Shown here one piece after another: positions 55,550 to 64,000 of a stretch of DNA of 64,000 nucleotides. The notes under the pieces are model-generated. The model worked only from the letters and a program-made list of their open reading frames with translations. It was not told the DNA's origin and searched no databases. Source of the stretch: Sminthopsis crassicaudata (taxonomy: Eukaryota); assembly GCF_048593235.1 (NCBI RefSeq), contig NC_133618.1, positions 58,624,478 through 58,688,477 on the forward strand. Reading direction: 5' to 3'. The translations under genes were made by a program, and so were the position numbers. Positions within the stretch are counted from its first letter, which is position 1, and each line of letters starts with the position of its first letter.

Positions 55550-58500
55550 TTTTTCAGAATTTTTATATTTCTTTTTTTGGCATAGGACTATTTATTTTTA
55601 GCACTTATTTTTAAAAATTTTATGTTCCACATTCTCCCCTTTGAGTTTTATTAATGAGGAAAGTTATGTTGAATGCAAAAAATAATGACCCTTGACCATT
55701 TAGTGGAACTGATAGACATAAATCTAATCTGGTACCCCATTTTCTCTGAAAAGAAGAGAGTGGCTAACCTTGTTATTTTTCTATATCTCCAGGGGAAAAA
55801 AAATCATAATTTTCTTTGGGAAAGGAAGGGAGAGATTTCCAGAAATAACTACTAATGTCTCACTATGAGCCACATTTAGACAATGTTGACATAGACGTTT
55901 TATATGGACAATACACACTTAACATTACATTCAATTGTTTCCATAGCAACTATCTCAGCTCCATCTACTCTTATACAGACTACCTTGTTTTAAAAGACCC
56001 TAACCTTTTTGTAGCAATTGAATGATTTTTAAAAATACTGTACTGGATAAAATAAGTAATTTTGTTTATATGAAAGTGAAAAGCTTTTGCATGAACAAAA
56101 TTAATGCAATTAGGAGAAGGGAAATGGTAGATTGAAAAAAAATCATTACATCTAATATCTGTGATAATGATTTGCAATCTAAAATATATAGAAATGAAAA
56201 GAAACATAAGACCAAAAGCTATTTCCCTAATAGAGAAATAATACAAGGATATGAACAGTTCTCAAAAGAATTACAAACTATTCATAGCCACATGAAAATA
56301 TATTCCATATCACTAATAATAAAAGAAATGTAAATCAAAACAAATTTACCTCAAACCCAGTAAACTGGACAAGGATAATAAAAGATGGGAATAATTAATG
56401 TGGAGAACTTGTGGAAAGATGATCTCACTAGGGCACTGTTACTGGTGCTAGGGGGACCATGAATGTGGAATATTATGTTTAATATCAGACTTTTTTTTGA
56501 TGTTAGCTAATTTTGTGAAACCTTTTTTCTTTCTTATTTTAAATAATCATTATAATGATTTTTTGTAAGAAAGAAAGAGGAGGAATATAATGGCAAATAT
56601 AACTGATATAAAAACAAAAGACACCAGTAAAAGTGTTTTCAAAGAAAATATATTACAGATATATGTGTGTGTGTGTATGTATATACATATGTATATATAT
56701 AAAATAAGGAAACATTATGCTCCTAAAATAAAAAATAAAGATACTATACTGTATTTTATGTGATTTAAACTTTAAGATTTAATTTTTCAAAATTAAAATT
56801 TTGATTGTGTGCAGGTCTTTTTGTAAAGTGAATATGAATATGAAAATTAATATGGCTACATATTTGAAGTCAAACAGTATGGATAGTTTAGTAATATTTC
56901 TCAAATAGTTTTACAGAATGGTTAGACCAATTCCATTTATATCTTTTTGGTTAATTTAAAGGACTTACTATAATGTTTATTCCCTTTGTTTTCAGTAATT
57001 TGTGACATTTTTCATGAGTTTGCAATTTCTTTTGAAAGTTTCTCATCTCAAAACCCAAGACTTGTATGAAGCGATACAAAGTGAAGTTCACAGAACCAGG
57101 AGGACAATTTATACAATAACAGCAATATTTTAAAGGCAATCAACTTTGAAAGAACTAGTAATTATGATTAACAATATTGATTAATCAACCACAATTCCAA
57201 AAGATTCAGGATGAAATATGCTATTTACCTCCAGGTAGAGAACTAGTGGATTCAGAATGCAGATTAAAACCTATTTCTTCTCTTTTTCTTTCTTTGTTTC
57301 TTTGTTTTTGTTGTTGGCAGGGCCAATGGGGAACATGGCTAATGAGGGCATTTGTTTTGTATGACTACTCTACTCTACTCTATATTTGTAATGGGTTTTG
57401 TTTTTCTTGTCTTCTCAATGAATGAAGGTAGGGAAAGAATATGGAACTGAAAATCAAATCAAATTCTATCTTTTAGCCATTTATCAACTTGGAAATAATT
57501 CTTGGTCATATATTTGTACAAATTTCCCATATACCAGAACAAAATATTTATCAGAAATATTTGATGTAACGATCCCTCCCCCATATTAGAAATTTTCTCT
57601 TATTCTAGTTCATGTGAAAGCTTTTTAATTTTATATAATTCAAAATGCTTCCTTTATTTTTTATGCATATAGATATAGAGATACAGACATGAGATTCTCC
57701 CCCTAGCCATAGGTATGAAAAGCACCTTTTATTAGCTAATTATTTTTGTGATTTGATCTTCTATATTTGTGTTGAATATTTATTTGGAATTTTGTAGCAT
57801 AAGCTTTAAGTTGTTGGTCTAAACCTATTTTCTACTAAACTGATTTTCATATTTCCTGTCACAAAAAGAAACTTTCTCTCTGTATCATAGCTTTTTGTAT
57901 TTATTGAATACTAGGCTAATATACTATATTACTTCTGAGTCTTATTTATCTACTCTATTCCATTAATCTACTTGTCTATTTTTAACCAACAAAAGGACAG
58001 TTTTGACAACTGTTTTATAATATAATTTTAGATCTAGTCATGTTATGCCCTCTTTCTTTCTTTTTTTTTTTTTTTTTTCTATTTAGTGGGGAGCATAGTT
58101 CCATGGAGTGTATTAGGTATTCTGGAAAGAGATTTAAGTGTTGGATGGTGATAGGGTGGAGTCAATTGTTAGTTATTTGTTCTTTATTTAGATTTAGAGC
58201 TATACTTTTTTTGTGGTGGCAAAGAACTGGAAACTAAGGGGATTCATCAATTGAGGAATGGCTGAATAAATTGTAGTATATAACTGTAATGGGATATATA
58301 TGATTGTGCTATAAGAAGTGATGGAGGAGATGGTTTCAGAAAAATCTGGGAAGTCCTGTATGAACTGATGAAAAGTAAAGTGAACAGAACTAGGAGAACA
58401 ATCTACACAGCAATATTGTAAAAAAAATAATAATAAAAAATAAAATTCAATTAACATAGAAAGACTTAGTAACTGATCAACATGATTACTAAAATTTGAA

Positions 58501-58740
58501 AGGATTTATGATGAAACATATTATCTACATCCAGAAAGAGAACTAATGGACTCAGAATACATATAAGCTTTTCCCCCCTTCTTTCTTCTCTCTCTTTTTT
58601 TTTTGTGGGGAGGAAGGGGGAGAACATGTCAATGCAGAAATTTGTTTTGAATGACTATACATATTTGTAATAACTTTTGTTTTTCTTATCTTTTCATGTC
58701 ATGGGAGAAAGGAAAAGAATTTAAAACTGAAAAAAAAAGA
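55080..58740. mobile_element. Patchwork of L1 3' fragments with (TA)n at 55514-55547
   Basis: Repeated marsupial L1 3' UTR-like motifs in both orientations; AT-rich; approximate. Confidence 0.65.
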
Positions 58741-60323
58741 TTTAGAATTAAAAAGGATCCTTAGAGTATCTTTTCCCATTGGTTTTTTCGGGGGTAGGCC
58801 CTATGAATGACAAATTTCACCCCTCCAATTCTCTCCCAAGCTAACTGCCCTTGCTGAAAGAATTCCATTCTTGTTGTTCCTTCCAAATGGAAAGGAGAGT
58901 TCTTTGGTCTAGGGGGAGAGAGAAAGAAAAAGAGGAAGAGAAAGGGAGAGAGAGGAGAGGGAGAGAAGGGAAGAAAAGGGGAAAGAGTGAAAGGGAAGGA
59001 ACAGTGACAGGGTAGTCTCAGCCTGATGATCAGTCTTATCCATACTTTGCTTATGGGGGTTAGAGAAGGCTACCAGAATCCCAAATGGAAATGGCTGGGG
59101 GAGGGGATCCTTGGGACTGTAGAAAGGCAATCCTCGCCAAGCTGGTGAGAACTGGACACCTGGATAATGATAAGTTTAAGGTTCTCGATAGAAGAGAGGG
59201 GCCTCCCACCCTGTTTTGTACCCTAGCTTGGCAAGAACACAGAACTGGGAGTCCCCAAATCCACAAAAGCACTTCCCCCACTCCACCCCAGGACCCACTT
59301 TCTCTTTTATGGGTCAGGCTTGGCTCCCACCCTAGCCCTTAGACAAATTAAGCCCTTTTGTCCCCAGCCCTTGCCCCTTTTCCTCCTCCCACCCCCCATT
59401 TCTGCTCTTTTCCTCTCTGTGGGGTGTCTATGTCACATCAGGCCTTCATCAGGAGCCATACTGGTCTCCGATTTGCTGACCCCCCCAAAGCACAGAGATG
59501 GCCTTCTCCTGCACTGCCTGCAGTACATAGCACAAGGCGGGGTGGAGGTGGGTCAGTGGAGGTTCGTGAATTTGACTGACTCTCTTGTAGCCTCCTCAGA
59601 CTCACACATGAAAGCTCTCCCCCCTTGTCATGTTTGCTTCCATTGTTTTCTGTCTCCTCACCAGCCTCCCATCACAATCATGGGAGCCAGAGCTAGGAGA
59701 AACCAGAGAGATCCATTTGTTCCACCTTCTCCATTTATTACTGGATGACATGCAAAGCAAGGAGTCACTTATCCAAGATTACATATGTAGTGAGAAGCAG
59801 AGTGGGCACTTGGACCCGGGGCCTCTGGTTCTGGCAGTGCACAAACCCATTATTTCTGTAATCCGCCTCCCCAACCCTCTCCTGCCTTCACCCACCCCAG
59901 CCATGCTCAGCAGTTCTAGTCCAGGGGCTTCTGGTAAGAAAGAAGGGGTCATATCCCCATCAGGATTCATCTCTGGGGCCATGAGAAGGGAATGGATCTC
60001 CATTACATCCCCCAGAAAAACCACTTTTTGCCCATCTTTGGGACCAATCTTTTACTTAAGCTTGAGAGGAAGAACATATTAGCACAGGGGTCCTGAGAAT
60101 CGGGAGGTACGTAGCTACATGGACCTCCCCAAGAAACCGGTCAGAGCACATCCTGGGGGCTGGAGCTGGATCTTCTCTCCCCCCCAACCACTCCTTTCCC
60201 CCTTCCCTCTTTCCCTGGACTCTGGAGCTCTGAGAACTACTGTGTGAAGGAAGGCCTTTTCTGTACCCAATCCAAGGGAAAAATTGAGCACCCCTGAGGG
60301 AAGGGAGCCTCCCAGTCAGACTG

Positions 60324-60341
60324 GTGGGAGTCTTACACCTG
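60324..60341 (-). promoter_or_regulatory. Candidate PTF1 composite site (E-box + RBPJ/L TC-box)
   Basis: Minus strand reads CAGGTG-taaga-CTCCCAC. A second E-box, CAGCTG, is at 60473-60478. Motif-only inference. Confidence 0.45.
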
Positions 60342-60522
60342 TTGGTAAATTCAAGCCTGAAGAGCCCATCCTATGTATGTCCTTGAGAGTAGAGTCTGGC
60401 TTGGAAGATCTCCCTCCCTGCCCTGCCAAATGCCCTCTTCAGGACAGAGTATGTGAAGGGGCAGTCAAGTCACAGCTGGATTAGCATTGGAATAAGGCCC
60501 AAGGTCTTTGGATCTCAAGCCC

Positions 60523-60528
60523 TATAAA
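60523..60528 (+). promoter_or_regulatory. CTRL TATA box
   Basis: TATAAA 49 nt before the ATG, typical of pancreatic acinar enzyme genes. Confidence 0.8.
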
Positions 60529-60571
60529 GCTCTGTCCTGTCCCAGAGCCTGACCCAGACAAATCAGCAGAG

Positions 60572-60623
60572 ATGGCAGTGCTGTTGGCTCTCCTGTGCCT
60601 AGCCTTCCTTGGCTCTTCCTACG
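60572..60623 (+). CDS. CTRL: CTRL exon 1
   Basis: ATG signal peptide |gtaagc, 52 nt; TATAAA 49 nt upstream of the ATG. Confidence 0.88.
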
Positions 60624-63600
60624 GTAAGCAAGGATCCCCTGCCCCATTCTCAGCTTCCTCCCATTTCCATCACCAAGTCCCCTCTTAGCTTGCGCTCTAG
60701 CCACTGTGCAACCCCCCACTTCAAGGCAGCTGACAGACTTAAACCTGGGTGTTTTGGTCCTCGGTTCACTACACTTTGCTGTTTCATAACTCCTAGAAAT
60801 TCCCACTCTCTATACTGAGGGACCAATCCTCCCAAGAGGGAGCCTCTCCTTCCTAACAGCTCTTCCTGATTTCTCCAAGGCCCAACCATGCTCAGAGCTT
60901 AACGCTCACTGAAGTCCTCCCATACAGGACTTGTGTTGAACCTCCTAACTCTCCTAAGTCCTTGTCCATCAATTCACAGGCTTCAGCTCTTACTTCCAAC
61001 AGTCCACATGGTGGCGGGGACTCTGAGAGGCCCCAGAAGGGAGGCGTTTGGGAGAGGAAGGGCAGGTGGGCTTTCTGGGGAGCCATCTGGAGCATATCCT
61101 TAACCCGAAAAGCTTTCATGACCTATTTCCACTAGGGTATCAACCCTACCTGTATGATAAGATAGGTCTGATTACTTAGTCTCAATGAGCCCATTTTTTT
61201 CATATTTAAGAACATTTATAGGGTTATTAAAGTTCTATAAATTTTACTTTATAAATGCAAGTCCTTATAATGGTTAAGCTATGATAGGGTTTTTCTGTAT
61301 TGCCCATTACAGGCTGTGGAATCCCAGCCATTAAACCAGCTCTGAACTTCAACCAGAAGATCGTCAATGGGGTAAATGCTGTGTCAGGCTCCTGGCCCTG
61401 GCAAGTGTCCCTGCAGGTAATGGCTTACCTCCCCCAAGGAAGAGCAAGAGACAGAGGAGGTGGGAGGGAGGAGAGTAAGAAGAGGAAAAGGACTTAGGCC
61501 AGCTGGCACAGTTCTCTGGCCCCTCTCTATCATTTTAGGAGTATAGCTTTGGCGAAGAGGGAGCAATCTCAGTATTGAGTGGGGGTAGAATGCAGTGCAG
61601 TCCCTGCACAAGACCACCATTGCCCGAACAAAACCTTTTCCCTCTATTAATAACTTCTATTTGTGTAACACTTTCCTCACAAGAACTCTTGTGAAGCAGA
61701 TAATATATTTATAGATAAGGAAACTGAGGCTAAAATTAGGTAATTTGTCCAAAGACACAGTAGATGACCGAATCAGAATCCCAAAAAAGATCTTGACAGG
61801 CTACAGCATTGAAATTCAATAAAAATAAATATAAAGCCTTAAATAGGCTCCAAAAATTAACTTCACAAGTACAGGATGGGGAAGTCATGGTTAAAATGCA
61901 ATTTGTCTTAAGTCTGGAGAGGGGTGTAGCAGGGCAGGGCAGGCTTGGTGGGTTGCAAGCTGGATATGTGACAACTGGACAATGAAAAAAGGTGGAATAT
62001 GACCTTGGACTAAGACTAAGCTTCCAAGAATATTAAGTGATCGTTCCTCTAGTCTGCCCATATCAGACCACATCTAAATCAGGTATTATGTTCAATTCTG
62101 GGCAGCAAAGGTTAAGGATCCTCTAAGTAAGGGTTTGTGGGGCGGGATAGCTGGGATGGGGGAGATCCTTAAGCCAAGTCCAGGGACATCAGGGAAGAAA
62201 CGGGGCATGTGGATGTTTAGCCTGGAGAAGGGAAAATGATGGGGAGAGGAGGAAGAAAAGAAGAAAGAAACAGCTGCCTTCCCGTGGCTGAAGGGCTCTC
62301 CACAGAAAGACTTGAAGGCTCCTCCTTTCTGGCTCCAAAGCTTTGGGTGGATAATACAGAGGAAGCTTGGGACTCGATGTTGGGGAAATCTTCCTGACAA
62401 TTAGACCCTGCCCCAAAGTGTGATGGGCCGCCCCTTCTTTGGAGCGCCTGTTCTCTGATGGCAGCTGGGGTCACTTCTGGGATTCATTTTGTGGATGAGA
62501 GCCAGAAGTTACGAGACTGGCCTAAGGTCATGCAGCTAGTAAGTGGCTGGGCCAGAATTCAAAACCAGATCATCTGACTCAAAGTCCAGGATTATCACTG
62601 CTAACATGGACAAAGCTAAGAAGAGTCAGAGCAGGGTTTCTGTGTAAAGTCCAGGGCACACCCTCTGGACACCCATCATCAGTTCTGGTTCAGGTTTTTG
62701 ATTCTAGCCTAGGAATAAACCTAACAGGCTATTTTCCTCTCTCCTCCTCTCTACAGGAGCAAAATGGTTTTCACTTCTGTGGAGGTTCCCTCATCACTCA
62801 GAACTGGGTCATCACAGCTGCTCATTGCAACGTGAGGTGAGGACCTTAAAATGAGATTCTTTCAGAGTCACAGGACCTGAGGGCCCTGCGGAGCCCAGCT
62901 CCAGGAATGGCTCTCTGTCCCACTCCACCAAGTCCTGGCCTATGTATGGCACCCACTCCCTCCATAGCTGTCGTTAGCCTCACACCCATTTCTTCAGGCC
63001 CAAAGGCCTTTTTTTCACCCTGCCCATTACCACATTTCCTTCTCGCCACAGCCCAGGCCGTCACCTGGTTGTCCTTGGAGAATACGACCGGTCATCTAAT
63101 GCAGAACCTATTCAGGTCAGGAGTATCTCAAAGGTGAGCATGTGAAAGGAACCAATCCATCAGGCCCTGAGGTGGGAGATGCGGAAGTGAGACAATTGCC
63201 AGGACCCAGCCCCCACTTGCCCTCACTGAGACTGGTTCCTCACAGGTCATCACCTACCCTGGCTGGAATCCCAATACCATGAACAATGACCTCACTCTGG
63301 TCAAGCTGTCCTCCCCTGTCCAATTCACCTCTCGGATATCCCCCATCTGCCTGGCCACTGACAACAACATCCCCCAGGACTACACCTGTGTCACTACCGG
63401 CTGGGGCCGCACCAGTGGCATAGGTAAGTGGAGGGGAGGCTCCGGATGAAGAGGCCGCCTCCCTCCCGAGGGACAAAGCTGTGTGCGGGCTCTGGCTGGG
63501 CCGGGGGCTCCCTGGCAGAGGAGGAGGGAATGATTTCTGCCTATGCTTACAGCCAACACCACCCCAGCTCGGCTCCAGCAGGTGGTCCTGCCCCTGGTGA

Positions 63601-64000
63601 CCGTGGCCCAGTGCCAGCAGCATTGGGGCAGCCGCATCACAGATGCCATGATCTGCGCAGGAGGCGCCGGAGCCTCTTCCTGCCAGGTAATCTGAAAGCT
63701 CCCTAGGGACTGAGGGAGCCCCCAAAGCATCAAGGGCTCAACCCAAAATCAATGCTCAGTCAGATCAGTGTGCTAACTCTTCCTTGGGATTCCCCAGGAC
63801 TCTCTCACAGGAGCCACTGACCATTCCCGGGATGAATAGGGCTCCCACGATTGCTCGGTTCCCTGTCTTTCTAGCTCCCTGCTCACTTGCCTTTATCCTC
63901 TTCTCTTCTCTCCAGGGCGACTCCGGAGGCCCCCTCGTGTGCCGACGTAGCAGCCAGCCACAAGCACCTTGGATCCAAGTCGGTATCGTCTCCTGGGGGA
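60572..64000 (+). CDS. CTRL: Chymotrypsin-like protease, 3'-partial spliced CDS (exons 1-7)
   Basis: Signal peptide [18 protein letters not shown], propeptide [15 protein letters not shown]|IVNG, TAAHC (His57), MNNDL (Asp102), GASSCQGDSGG (Ser189, Ser195). Closely matches recalled human CTRL; syntenic. Confidence 0.93.
61313..61416 (+). CDS. CTRL: CTRL exon 2
   Basis: cag| [35 protein letters not shown] |gtaatg, 104 nt. Confidence 0.95.
61880..62470 (+). mobile_element. CR1/L3 3' relic in CTRL intron 2
   Basis: cagaccacatct...tattatgttcaattctggg...tgtttagcctggagaag...ttcctgacaattaga, typical of L3; approximate. Confidence 0.6.
62757..62836 (+). CDS. CTRL: CTRL exon 3
   Basis: cag| [26 protein letters not shown] |gtgagg, 80 nt. 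Confidence 0.95.
63052..63133 (+). CDS. CTRL: CTRL exon 4
   Basis: cag| [27 protein letters not shown] |gtgagc, 82 nt. Confidence 0.95.
63246..63423 (+). CDS. CTRL: CTRL exon 5
   Basis: cag| [59 protein letters not shown] |gtaagt, 178 nt. Confidence 0.95.
63553..63686 (+). CDS. CTRL: CTRL exon 6
   Basis: cag| [45 protein letters not shown] |gtaatc, 134 nt. Confidence 0.95.
63916..64000 (+). CDS. CTRL: CTRL exon 7 (truncated by window end)
   Basis: cag| [28 protein letters not shown]. Confidence 0.9.

Overview
Mammalian genomic DNA, almost certainly marsupial: the dominant young SINE is a WSINE1-type CORE-SINE, which suggests an Australian (dasyurid-like) species. That taxon call is inference. 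The window carries the conserved SLC12A4-LCAT-PSMB10-CTRL cluster, all on the + strand. I could splice 21 coding exons of SLC12A4/KCC1 (exons 4-24, 971 aa, 5' part outside the window), all 6 of LCAT (455 aa), all 8 of PSMB10 (273 aa) and CTRL exons 1-7 (exon 7 cut by the window end). All read in frame with GT-AG boundaries and intact catalytic residues. Intergenic DNA is mostly L1, L2, CR1/L3, MIR/Mar1/WSINE1 relics, one solo LTR and two N gaps. I found no prokaryotic-type system, CRISPR array or unrecognised protein-coding gene. The best second-look items are: (1) two U12-type (minor spliceosome) introns in SLC12A4, one holding a ~950-bp variant-repeat minisatellite that resembles an Ig switch region and is flanked by a CTCF-like motif, the other being the terminal intron, so its retention would escape NMD; (2) a candidate intronic enhancer with a palindromic RFX X-box; (3) a sense-oriented solo LTR upstream of PSMB10; (4) a perfect 17-bp hairpin inside an L2 relic; (5) unusual coding changes in LCAT (lid, Cys184, C-terminal tail), PSMB10 and CTRL (4-aa insertion near Ser195). 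Comparisons to human proteins and repeat consensuses are from memory and were not computed. Exon numbers follow the human gene structure as recalled.
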